Shown in pieces: positions 16,353-24,730 of a stretch of 56,002 nt of DNA. The notes under the pieces are model-generated. The model saw nothing but the letters and a program-made list of their open reading frames with translations, was not told the DNA's origin and did not search any database. A program made the position numbers and the translations under genes. The number at the start of each line of letters is the position of its first letter. The stretch's first letter is position 1. The stretch is from Dehalococcoidia bacterium (GTDB lineage: Bacteria > Chloroflexota > Dehalococcoidia > Bin125), in the NCBI GenBank assembly GCA_022824765.1, contig JAJDZG010000161.1, forward strand, positions 1-56,002. Reading direction: 5' to 3'.

Positions 16353-17189
16353 ATGAAGTACGGCGTGTTTATTTTCGCGACAGACAAGGCGATGGACCCA
16401 GCGAAGCTCGCGGCGGCCGCCGAGGAGCGCGGATTCGAGTCGTTCTGGGTACCGGAGCACGTGCACATGCCGGTCGACCGCGCGACGCCGTTCCCGCGCA
16501 CTGAAGACGGCTCGCTGCCCGAGGAGTACTACCGCATCCACGATCCGTTCGTGGCGTTGGGCGCGGCGGCCGGGGCGACTTCCGAGATTCGGCTGGGGAC
16601 CAGCATCTGCCTGGTGACCGAGCACGAGCCGATTGCGCTGGCCAAGCAGATTGCGTCGCTCGACTTCATTTCAGGTGGGCGCTTCGAGTTCGGCATCGGC
16701 GCGGGATGGCTGCCGGAGGAGATGGAGCCGCTGGGGGTGCGCTTCCAGGATCGCTGGAAGGTCACGACGCAGCGGATTGAGGCGATGAAGGTGATGTGGA
16801 CGGAGGACGAGGCGGAGTATCACTCCGAGTTTGTCGAGATACCCAAGACACACGTGATCCCGAAGCCGGTCCAGGATCCACATCCGCCGATTCTGATCGG
16901 CGCTGGCAGCAAATGGGCGCGTCAGCGAGTGGTCGACTGGGCGGATGGCTGGCTGCCGAACATTCCCGCGCCGGGCTTTGTCGAGCGGGCGATCCAGGAC
17001 ATTCAGTCGCGGGCGCAGGAGGCGGGACGCGACTTCGACTCGATCTCGATCAACGTGTTTCCGGCCATCGAGGACGCGCTGCCGGAGTACGAGCGGATCG
17101 GCGTTGACCGCGTGGTGTTCGGCCTGCCGCACGCGGGCGAGGACATCGTGATGCCGGAACTCGACCGTCTGGCCAAGCTGATTCGCTAG
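16353..17189 (+). CDS. LLM-class F420-dependent oxidoreductase
   Basis: MKYGVFIFATDKAMDPAKLAAAAEERGFESFWVPEHVHMPV is typical of the F420-dependent LLM subfamily. A GAGGA RBS is present. Confidence 0.9.
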   Translation: MKYGVFIFATDKAMDPAKLAAAAEERGFESFWVPEHVHMPVDRATPFPRTEDGSLPEEYYRIHDPFVALGAAAGATSEIRLGTSICLVTEHEPIALAKQIASLDFISGGRFEFGIGAGWLPEEMEPLGVRFQDRWKVTTQRIEAMKVMWTEDEAEYHSEFVEIPKTHVIPKPVQDPHPPILIGAGSKWARQRVVDWADGWLPNIPAPGFVERAIQDIQSRAQEAGRDFDSISINVFPAIEDALPEYERIGVDRVVFGLPHAGEDIVMPELDRLAKLIR

Positions 17190-17207
17190 GCGTGTGGTCC
17201 TGCGGCG

Positions 17208-17702
17208 CTACTTGAAGCGGCGGCCGCGTTGTTCCTTGTTGCGATCGTGCTGGTACTCGTAGATCGGCACGCCGTAGCCGCATGACGTCTGGGTTCGGTC
17301 GACGGTGATCTCGATCACCTGCCGCTCGGGTGTGGGCATATCGACAGATCGCAGCGCCTCGGCCTGGTCGGCGAGGACTGAGTCCTCCAGCGGCATCGCT
17401 TTGGCGCGTCCATAGAGGCGGACGATCGCGGCGTCCTCGTCGAACGACGTCACCATCACGGTGACGGCGCCGCCGGCGGCCGAATGGCGAGCGGTCTCAT
17501 TGCCGCTGCCCGCGTAGTCGAAGTAGGCGATTTTGTGCTCGTCGATGACTTGTAGGTCGGCCGCTCCTTTGGGCGAGAGGTTGACGGGTCCCTCGCCGTT
17601 GGGACCGTCGCCGAAGCTTGGATCGGCGGAGGCGATGAAGAAGACCCGCGCGTTGCGGATCAGGTCGGCCTGTTCGTCGGTGATGTGATCGATCATCGGC
17701 AT
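17208..17702 (-). CDS. pyridoxamine 5'-phosphate oxidase-fold (FMN/F420-binding) protein
   Basis: 164 aa. ARVFFIASADP ... VNLSPKG ... FDYAGSGNET is a PNPOx-like split-barrel pattern. Confidence 0.75.
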   Translation of the reverse strand: MPMIDHITDEQADLIRNARVFFIASADPSFGDGPNGEGPVNLSPKGAADLQVIDEHKIAYFDYAGSGNETARHSAAGGAVTVMVTSFDEDAAIVRLYGRAKAMPLEDSVLADQAEALRSVDMPTPERQVIEITVDRTQTSCGYGVPIYEYQHDRNKEQRGRRFK

Positions 17703-17706
17703 TTGG

Positions 17707-18189
17707 TCATCGCTTTCGTTTGCGAGCCTCGCGGCTCGTGCGTCGGTAGGTCTGTCCCAGCTTCCGTGCCGCGCCGCGCAGTGTCGACTCGGCGTCGCGA
17801 GAGGCCTGCTTCACGATCTCCTGTGGGTTGGGTCGCTGTGGCGCCATCGCCGCGATCAGCTCGTCGAAGTGCTGTTGATCGGACTCGGCCAGTTGGCCGA
17901 ACCAGGTCAAGGCGACGCCCGGACCGGCGGACTGCAGCTCGAGGAAGACGGCGGTCAGCGCGTCGATCACGTCGTCGTTGCCGCGCACGCGCTGCCAGAT
18001 GATCTCGTGGGCATCGGGCAGTGCCTGTTTGAATGGTCCGGCGAGCCAGATCAGAAAGCGGCGGCGATCCTCGTCGCTCGTTGCGGGACCGACGGACGAG
18101 GTGAGCCGTTGCGCGATCTGTGCGGCCATCTGCGGCGCGGCGCTGCCAGCGATCGCCTTGGCCGCCTGACGAATGAGGAACTGCGACAT
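17707..18189 (-). CDS. hypothetical protein with basic C-terminal tail
   Basis: 160-aa ORF lying 4 nt upstream of the PNPOx-like gene on the same strand. No family recognised. Confidence 0.55.
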   Translation of the reverse strand: MSQFLIRQAAKAIAGSAAPQMAAQIAQRLTSSVGPATSDEDRRRFLIWLAGPFKQALPDAHEIIWQRVRGNDDVIDALTAVFLELQSAGPGVALTWFGQLAESDQQHFDELIAAMAPQRPNPQEIVKQASRDAESTLRGAARKLGQTYRRTSREARKRKR

Positions 18190-18212
18190 AGCAACAGGAT
18201 ACGCGCAGCTGT

Positions 18213-18965
18213 TCAGGCGCGGGCGTTCCAGGATGTCCAGGACGCGCGGGTCAGCCGCCGAATCTCGCTCCGCTCCAGCGAAGCGCTGACGATGTCCCAG
18301 TTGCCGCCGTCGTGCAGCTGGTAGGCGATGGTGTCGAGTTCGAACGGGTGGACCGCCGGCGCACCGGCTGGCGACAGCAAGCGGCTGAGGTCTGAGTTCG
18401 TGTCATCCTGGTGGAGGATCGCCAGCGCATCGGCGCGGACGAAGACGATGTCCCCGTCTGCGGCGATCTGGGGTGAAGCGTCCACGGGGTTGCGAGTGCG
18501 CTGCCGCAACTGCCCTGTCTGGATGTCTAACTCCCAGATCCCGCGACGGCAACAGACGATGGTGCGCCCGTCAGCAGACCAGTGCGGCTGCGACACGTCG
18601 CGCTGGATTAGGCGTTCGTCGCCGTTGTGCGTGAGGACGTAGAGATCGCGATCTCTGACAAACGCCAGGTCGCTGTTTGGCGACCATGCGGCCTGAGCTG
18701 CATCCTGGACCAGCCGACGCCGCTCGCTGCCGTCTGGCGCGACGACCTCGATGGATCGGTTGCGCTCGACGGCGATCCAGCGACCGTCTGGCGACCAGGC
18801 TGGATCGTCGACCGTTGCGCCGCTGGTCAGGCGTGTGGGCTCGCCGCCGTCCGACGGCATCGTGTAGAGGTCCCAACCCTCGGCTCGATTGCTGAGAAAG
18901 GCGATCTGTCGACCGTCGGGCGACCAGGCCGGCGACATGCCGTTGCCGCTGGAGATCAGTTCCAT
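18213..18965 (-). CDS. PD40 (TolB-like) beta-propeller repeat protein, no signal peptide
   Basis: Repeated [PA]AWSPDGR motifs: PAWSPDGRQIAF, PAWSPDGRWIAV, AAWSPNSDLAF, PHWSADGRTIV. Confidence 0.8.
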   Translation of the reverse strand: MELISSGNGMSPAWSPDGRQIAFLSNRAEGWDLYTMPSDGGEPTRLTSGATVDDPAWSPDGRWIAVERNRSIEVVAPDGSERRRLVQDAAQAAWSPNSDLAFVRDRDLYVLTHNGDERLIQRDVSQPHWSADGRTIVCCRRGIWELDIQTGQLRQRTRNPVDASPQIAADGDIVFVRADALAILHQDDTNSDLSRLLSPAGAPAVHPFELDTIAYQLHDGGNWDIVSASLERSEIRRLTRASWTSWNARA

Positions 18966-19006
18966 AGCGTGACGATACTCAATAGGTCCGCCGTTAGGCT
19001 CAGGGC

Positions 19007-19531
19007 ATGAGCGGCGTCCGGCACTTTACGGTGACCACATTTGTGTCAGCGACGTTGCCGATCGGCGGGGCGACGCTGCTGCATTGGCATCGTAAAGTTG
19101 GACTGTGGCTGCCACCCGGCGGGCACATCGAGGTCAACGAAGATCCGATCGAGGCCGCGCGCCGCGAGGCACTGGAAGAGACGGGCATCGCCGTGGAGAT
19201 TCTGCCCACGTCTAATCCGTTTGCCTACGCCGATCCGCCGCAGCTGGCGGCGCCGGTGACGATCATGGTCGAGCCGATCGGCGGCTTCGGCGACGAGGCC
19301 GCGCATCAGCACATCGACTTGATCTACTTCTCGCGGCCGCAGGAGGATGAGTCTCTGGATGCGCCGAGCGGCAGCTGGCGATGGGTCACACGGCGGCAGC
19401 TTGAGGACGACGCGCCGCTGACGCTCGATGACCCGCAGCGACGCATTTCCGCTCGGCTCTCTGAAGATGTGCGCGTACTGGGGCTGGCGGCGATTGACCA
19501 TGTGATGAGTTTCGAGGAGCAGCGACCGTGA
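19007..19531 (+). CDS. NUDIX hydrolase
   Basis: Nudix box GGHIEVNEDPIEAARREALEETGI. Confidence 0.85.
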   Translation: MSGVRHFTVTTFVSATLPIGGATLLHWHRKVGLWLPPGGHIEVNEDPIEAARREALEETGIAVEILPTSNPFAYADPPQLAAPVTIMVEPIGGFGDEAAHQHIDLIYFSRPQEDESLDAPSGSWRWVTRRQLEDDAPLTLDDPQRRISARLSEDVRVLGLAAIDHVMSFEEQRP

Positions 19532-20790
19532 TTTCCGCGCAGATGATTCGCGAACAACCCGACGTCGTGCGCCGCTCGCTGGCCCGCCGAGGCGCCGATG
19601 CGCCGCTGGACGATGCCATTGCGATCGACGAACAACGCCGCGGCGTGCTGGTCGAGCTGGAGGATCTGCGCGCCGCGCGAAACAACGCCGGAAGGGCGAT
19701 CGGCCGGGCCGCAGACAACGACGAGCGGCAACGGTTGATCGGCGCGCAGCGCGAATCTGCGTCCAGGATCGACGAACTCGAGGAGCGTCTGCGCGAACTC
19801 GACGCAGCGCTGACCGGCCTGCTCCAGGAGATTCCCAATATCGTCGGAGATGACACGCCCGACGGCGAAGATGAAGCGGACAATCCGGTCGTCCGCACGT
19901 GGGGTGATCGGCGGGTGTTCGACTTCGAACCGCAGCCTCATTGGGAGATCGGCGAGCGTCTGGGCATCATCGAGATGGGGCGGGCGGCGGCGATGTCTGG
20001 TTCGCGGATGTACGCGTTGCGCGGCGCGGGCGCTCGACTGCAGCGCGCGCTGATCGGTTGGTTTCTGGATGCACACCATGCATCGGGTTACGAGGAGTGC
20101 TACGTGCCGGCGATGGTCCGCGAGGACGCCATGCGCGCGGCTGGTCAATTGCCCAAGTTCCGCGACAATCTCTACCGCGACGAGGAGGAGGACTATTTCT
20201 TCGTCCCCACGGCCGAAGTGCCGCTGACCAACATGCATGCGGACGAGATCGTCGACGAAGACGAGCTGCCGATCCGTTACGCCGCGCACACACCCTGCTT
20301 TCGCCGCGAAAAGACCAGCGCGGGACGCGACGTACGAGGCATCAAACGGGTGCATCAGTTCGAGAAGGTTGAGATGTACCAGTTCACCACGCCCGACGCG
20401 TCTGGGGCGGCGTTGGAGGAGATGCTCGCACAGGCCGAGTCGCTGCTGCAGGGGCTGGAGTTGGAGTACCGGGTGCTGCAGATTTGCAGCGGCGACATCG
20501 GCTTCAACGCGTCGGTCAGCTACGACCTGGAAATCTGGGCTCCCGGCGCGCAGGAATGGCTGGAAGTGTCGAGCGTGTCCAACTGCATCGACTTCCAGGC
20601 GCGCCGCGCCAATATCCGCTACCGCCCGTCGGACGGCAAGGGCACGCGCTTTGTTCACACGCTGAACGGATCGGGGCTGGCGCTGCCGCGAACGATCTGC
20701 GCGCTGCTCGAGCACGGTCAACAGGCCGACGGATCGGTCATCCTGCCAGAAGTGTTGGCGAGTCGGCTGGGTTCCCGTGTCATCGCTTGA
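19528..20790 (+). CDS. serS: serine--tRNA ligase
   Basis: 420 aa with an N-terminal coiled-coil arm and class II core motifs (FRREKTSAGRDVRGIKRVHQFEKVE, TLNGSGLALPRT). The GTG start overlaps the upstream stop (GTGA). Confidence 0.95.
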   Translation: MISAQMIREQPDVVRRSLARRGADAPLDDAIAIDEQRRGVLVELEDLRAARNNAGRAIGRAADNDERQRLIGAQRESASRIDELEERLRELDAALTGLLQEIPNIVGDDTPDGEDEADNPVVRTWGDRRVFDFEPQPHWEIGERLGIIEMGRAAAMSGSRMYALRGAGARLQRALIGWFLDAHHASGYEECYVPAMVREDAMRAAGQLPKFRDNLYRDEEEDYFFVPTAEVPLTNMHADEIVDEDELPIRYAAHTPCFRREKTSAGRDVRGIKRVHQFEKVEMYQFTTPDASGAALEEMLAQAESLLQGLELEYRVLQICSGDIGFNASVSYDLEIWAPGAQEWLEVSSVSNCIDFQARRANIRYRPSDGKGTRFVHTLNGSGLALPRTICALLEHGQQADGSVILPEVLASRLGSRVIA

Positions 20791-21616
20791 CCCCTATCGC
20801 GCGGCCAATCTGGCGCGCTGGGACGAGTCCGTTGCGGTCCATGCCGCGTCTGAGTTCTACGGCGTCGACCGGTTTCTCGCCGGCGAATCGAAGCTGCTGC
20901 CGCTCGATCTGGATGAAGTGGACGACGTGCGGGGCCAGTCGCTGTTGCATTTGCAGTGCCATTTTGGCTTGGACACGCTGTCGTGGGCTCGCGAAGGCGC
21001 CGACGTGGTGGGGGTCGACTTCTCGCCGGCTGCGATCTCGACGGCTCGTGATCTCGCAGCACGCGCCGGCGTCTCTGCCCAGTTCGTGGAGTCGGAGCTC
21101 TACGCCGCTCCCCAGGCGCTGGCCGACCGCTTGGCGAGCTTCGACATCGTGTATGCCAATCTCGGCGCGATTTGCTGGTTGCCGGACATTCGCGGCTGGG
21201 CCGAGGTCTGCGCTGGATTTCTGAAACCGGGCGGCCAGCTCTACGTGCGAGATGTCCACCCGGTGGCGAACACGCTCGACGACGAGGCGCCGGCCGGCGA
21301 GCTGCGCATCGCCTTCCCCGCCTTCGAGACTGAAGAACCGCTGCAATGGAGCGGAGACGCCGACTACGCCGACGCGTCAGCGCGGATGGTGAACCAGACG
21401 TCGTACGAATGGAATCACAGTCTGGGTGAGATCGTGACGGCGGTCGTCGAGGCTGGTTGCCGCATCGACTTCCTGCACGAGCAGGAGTACACGGTCTACC
21501 GCGCGCTGCCGTGGTTGGTTGAGGGTCCGCGCGGGATCTTCCGCCTGCCCGATCGCGATGGACTGCCTGATCGACGCCTGCCGCTGATGTTCACGCTCTC
21601 GGCGCGGAAGACATAA
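20777..21616 (+). CDS. class I SAM-dependent methyltransferase
   Basis: Motif I-like LLHLQCHFGLDTLSWAREGADVVGVDFSPAAI. It overlaps the serS end by 14 nt. Confidence 0.8.
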   Translation: MSSLDPYRAANLARWDESVAVHAASEFYGVDRFLAGESKLLPLDLDEVDDVRGQSLLHLQCHFGLDTLSWAREGADVVGVDFSPAAISTARDLAARAGVSAQFVESELYAAPQALADRLASFDIVYANLGAICWLPDIRGWAEVCAGFLKPGGQLYVRDVHPVANTLDDEAPAGELRIAFPAFETEEPLQWSGDADYADASARMVNQTSYEWNHSLGEIVTAVVEAGCRIDFLHEQEYTVYRALPWLVEGPRGIFRLPDRDGLPDRRLPLMFTLSARKT

Positions 21617-21619
21617 CGC

Positions 21620-22468
21620 TTAGTCCTGGTCGTGCTGGAAGACGAAGAACGGTCCTCCGACGGGGACTCGGCAGGGCGACGTAAAGGTGGCCTCGGTGGC
21701 GAGCGTCATCGCGTGGCGCGGTCGCGTGCCGGCCAGCATATGCTGACGCACGGCGTCGGGTCCGCGCCAGCTGTCCTGATTCGCGCGTGTGGACAGCCAA
21801 TGCGGATGTCCGGTGTAATGGGTCATCAGCACGACCATGTCGCACTCGCCCTCGATGCTGGGATGCGGATGGGGCGCCTCTGCGCGGTAGAGGCCGATGA
21901 TGCGCGCGCCCAGCGCCTCGATCGCGGGCCAGATGTAGTCGACGGAGAGCCGCTCAAACTCGGCGAAGCCGCCGCGCTCGATCCAGAACCGGCGGAGCAC
22001 GATCAGTCCGCCCGAGTCGTCAGGCACGACCCCGTCCACTGTCGGGTGCGGTGCGAGGTCGGGCATGTTCGATGCGGTCGACGGCTGCCAGCCGCCATAC
22101 GACCAGCGCGGCTCGCCCACGGACACCGGACAGCGCTCCATGTGTGTTGCGTCCGACGCGTAGCAGAGGGCCTGACGTGCCTGGATGCCGTCCCAGTTGC
22201 GTCGGCGCAGACGCTCGGGACCGCGCCAATCGTCGGAGGGCGAGCGCGTGGCCCGAAGGTGCGCACGATCGACGTACTGGGTGAAGAGGATGGCCATCTC
22301 GGCGTCTGCCGGCGCGTCGGGATGGGGATGCGCTTCCTGTGCTCGCAAGAGCGCGCGGATCCGCAAGCCGGCCGACTCCGCGTTGGGCCAGATCCGCTCC
22401 CGGGAGAGCCGTTCGAAGTCGTCGAAGGAACCTGGTCGCAACCAGAATCGGCGCATGGCGACATGCAT
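21620..22468 (-). CDS. tandem-duplicated NIPSNAP/Dabb-like (dimeric alpha-beta barrel) protein
   Basis: Internal repeat: RRFWLRPGSFDDFERLSRERIWPNAESAGLRIRALLRAQEAHPHP versus RRFWIERGGFAEFERLSVDYIWPAIEALGARIIGLYRAEAPHPHP. Confidence 0.6.
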   Translation of the reverse strand: MHVAMRRFWLRPGSFDDFERLSRERIWPNAESAGLRIRALLRAQEAHPHPDAPADAEMAILFTQYVDRAHLRATRSPSDDWRGPERLRRRNWDGIQARQALCYASDATHMERCPVSVGEPRWSYGGWQPSTASNMPDLAPHPTVDGVVPDDSGGLIVLRRFWIERGGFAEFERLSVDYIWPAIEALGARIIGLYRAEAPHPHPSIEGECDMVVLMTHYTGHPHWLSTRANQDSWRGPDAVRQHMLAGTRPRHAMTLATEATFTSPCRVPVGGPFFVFQHDQD

Positions 22469-22535
22469 GGGCGGCCTCCTGCCTTACCTGACCTGCCCTG
22501 ACCCGCAGTGTGTTCAGGCAGTGTAGATTTCCCGC

Positions 22536-23177
22536 ATGGTCTGGCGGCGGTTCACTAATCGATTGATGCGGCGGGGTCCGGACGCCGAGGCGTCGGACGC
22601 GTTGTTCATGCGGCTCAGTCAGTATTCCATCGATGCGCGGCGAGTGACGGACGAGCAGTTCCGCAGCTTGCGAGAGCGCGAGATGGGCATCCGCGGCATG
22701 CGATTGGTCGCCGCCGCGGAGATTGACCAGCCGCCGCTCCGTTTTGCGTTGATGACGCGCGTGTCCGGCGAGGGTGCGGCCCATAGCGGACAGGTCCGCG
22801 CGGCGGGAGCCCACGTGCTCGTGGACAGCGAGGCGCTGCCGGCGCCGTGGTCGGCCGACTGGAAACTGGCGCTGCGCGCGACGCCAGTCTCGTCGGAGCG
22901 CGATCTGGGCGCGGTGCGAGAGTTTCAATGGCAGTCGCGCGACGCCTCCGATCCCGTCACGGCCGACCTGGCTCGTCGGCTGGGTGGGAACGACCGGGTC
23001 CAGCGGCGGGTGCTCGGACTGCTCAGAGACGGCGGCAACGGTCAGTTTGAGATCGTCCCGCTCGGCGCGATGATCCGGATCGGTGTGTACCAGTACGGTC
23101 TCGATCTGCCGGATCCGACGGCGTTCGATGCGCTCGTCACGGTGGCTCAGGCGCTTGAGGACGACCGCACCGACTGA
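22536..23177 (+). CDS. hypothetical protein
   Basis: 213-aa ORF filling the gap before tRNA-Ser. No recognisable family. The coding call rests on ORF length and the absence of a competing ORF with better features. Confidence 0.45.
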   Translation: MVWRRFTNRLMRRGPDAEASDALFMRLSQYSIDARRVTDEQFRSLREREMGIRGMRLVAAAEIDQPPLRFALMTRVSGEGAAHSGQVRAAGAHVLVDSEALPAPWSADWKLALRATPVSSERDLGAVREFQWQSRDASDPVTADLARRLGGNDRVQRRVLGLLRDGGNGQFEIVPLGAMIRIGVYQYGLDLPDPTAFDALVTVAQALEDDRTD

Positions 23178-23191
23178 CATCTTGGCGTCGA

Positions 23192-23281
23192 TGGCGGAGG
23201 GGGAGGGATTCGAACCCCCGAGACGCTTGCACGCCTAACGGTTTTCAAGACCGCCGCCTTCGTCCGCTCGGCCACCCCTCC
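23192..23281 (-). tRNA. tRNA-Ser (anticodon UGA), CCA encoded
   Basis: The reverse complement folds as acceptor GGAGGGG/CCCCTCC, anticodon loop CUUGAAA, a long variable arm and T-loop GGGGGTTCGAATCCCTC. Confidence 0.9.
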
Positions 23282-23393
23282 GACAGCATCAGCGTAGCAA
23301 GAACGTAGCGGACCGGCCCCTCAGGGTAGGGGCGCCGTCGGGGCGGATAGGGCCTGCCTGGGCGCGAGCCCCCCTTTTCTGTCACTCCGTAAC

Positions 23394-23422
23394 ATCTCCC
23401 CCCGCCGTCGGCGGGGGGAGAT
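23394..23422 (-). terminator. GC-rich hairpin immediately downstream of the alcohol dehydrogenase gene
   Basis: ATCTCCCCCCGCC-gtc-GGCGGGGGGAGAT, a 13-bp perfect stem 10 nt after the stop. No U-tract. Confidence 0.5.
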
Positions 23423-23431
23423 GGGAACAGG

Positions 23432-24517
23432 CTAGAAGCTGGTGAGGACGGTGCGGGCGACCTCGCCGGCCTTCATGGCGCGGAAGGCCTCGTTGATGTC
23501 CTCTAGCGGCGCGGTCTGTGTCACCATCTCGTCGAGCATCAGACGGCCCTGGCGGTAGTACTCGACCAGGTTGGGCATATCGGTGCGGAAGCGGTTGGAG
23601 CCCATGCTCGAGCCCTGCAGCACCTTCTCCGAGAGCAGTTCGTGCGCGGGAATCTCCAACGTCTGGCCGAGCGGCACCATGCCGATGATCGTGGCGACGC
23701 CGCCGCGCTTGATCGAGCCGAAGGCCTGCTCGGCGACGCTCTTGAGGCCAATCGCTTCGAAGGAGAAGTCGACGCCCTCGCCCTCGGTCATGCCCTTGAT
23801 CTGTTGGACCGGGTCGCCGGTCGAGGCGTCGACCGAGTGGGTCGCGCCCAGTTCACGGGCGAGCGCCAGCTTGTGCTCGTGCAGGTCGACGGCGATGATC
23901 TGCTTGGCTCCGGCGATTCGAGCGCCCTGGATGGCGGAGAGGCCGACGCCGCCCGCACCGAAGACGGCGACCGTGCTGCCGTGATGCACCTTGGCGGTGT
24001 TCAGCGCGGCGCCGGCGCCGGTCATCACGCCGCAGCCGATCAGCGCTGCCTTGTCCAGCGGCATTTCGTCGTCGACGTAGACCAGCGCGTTCTCGTGGAC
24101 GAGGGTGAATTCGGCGTAGGTCGAGAGGTTGGCGAATTGCGCGACCGGGTTGCCGTTCCAGGACAAGCGCGGGTCCTGATCGGGGCGGCGCTGCGTCTCT
24201 GGGCTGCGGCACAGGTTGGGTCGACCGCTGAGGCAGTAGGAGCAGTTGCCGCAGAAGACGGAGAGGCACATGATCACGTGGTCGCCGGACTTGAACTGGG
24301 TGACCAGCTCGCCGACCTCTTCGACGATGCCAGCCGCCTCGTGGCCGAGGATGCCTGGCGCCTGGAAGGGATAGAGGCCTTCGACAAAGTGCAGGTCGGA
24401 GTGGCAGACGCCGGAGGCGGCGGTCTTGACCAATACCTCGCGCGGACCCGGTTTGGAGACGTCAACGTCCTCGATCGTCAGGTCTTGGTTGGGGCCGTGG
24501 AACACTGCGGCTTTCAT
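23432..24517 (-). CDS. zinc-dependent alcohol dehydrogenase (MDR family, class III-like)
   Basis: GVCHSDLH, GHEAAGIVEEVG, a structural-Zn Cys cluster (CGNCSYCLSGRPNLC) and the Rossmann motif VFGAGGVG. Confidence 0.9.
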   Translation of the reverse strand: MKAAVFHGPNQDLTIEDVDVSKPGPREVLVKTAASGVCHSDLHFVEGLYPFQAPGILGHEAAGIVEEVGELVTQFKSGDHVIMCLSVFCGNCSYCLSGRPNLCRSPETQRRPDQDPRLSWNGNPVAQFANLSTYAEFTLVHENALVYVDDEMPLDKAALIGCGVMTGAGAALNTAKVHHGSTVAVFGAGGVGLSAIQGARIAGAKQIIAVDLHEHKLALARELGATHSVDASTGDPVQQIKGMTEGEGVDFSFEAIGLKSVAEQAFGSIKRGGVATIIGMVPLGQTLEIPAHELLSEKVLQGSSMGSNRFRTDMPNLVEYYRQGRLMLDEMVTQTAPLEDINEAFRAMKAGEVARTVLTSF

Positions 24518-24608
24518 GCGAATCCCTTTCCAGTCGCGGCGGGGCTGATTCGATTGGATCGCCGCGTGGGCGCATTCTAGCGTTCTGGCGCGAGGCTGAT
24601 TGAGCAGC

Positions 24609-24695
24609 TGGTGCCGGGAGAGGGAATCGAACCCCCACGGCCCGAAGGCCAGCGGATTTTAAGTCCGCCGCGTCTACCACTTTCGCCATCCCGGC
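24609..24695 (-). tRNA. tRNA-Leu (anticodon UAA), CCA encoded
   Basis: The reverse complement is GCCGGGATGGCGAAAGTGGTAGACGC..., with anticodon stem GCGGA/TCCGC, loop CUUAAAA and a long variable arm. Confidence 0.9.
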
Positions 24696-24730
24696 GCGAT
24701 CTGACGATATCAATCGCAGGTTTATCTGCG

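Noticed and set aside
23192-23281. Whether the long-arm tRNA near the candidate selenoprotein locus could be tRNA-Sec
   Set aside because: The anticodon loop reads CUUGAAA, so the anticodon is UGA (serine codon UCA), not UCA. The acceptor stem is a standard 7 bp. It is an ordinary tRNA-Ser.
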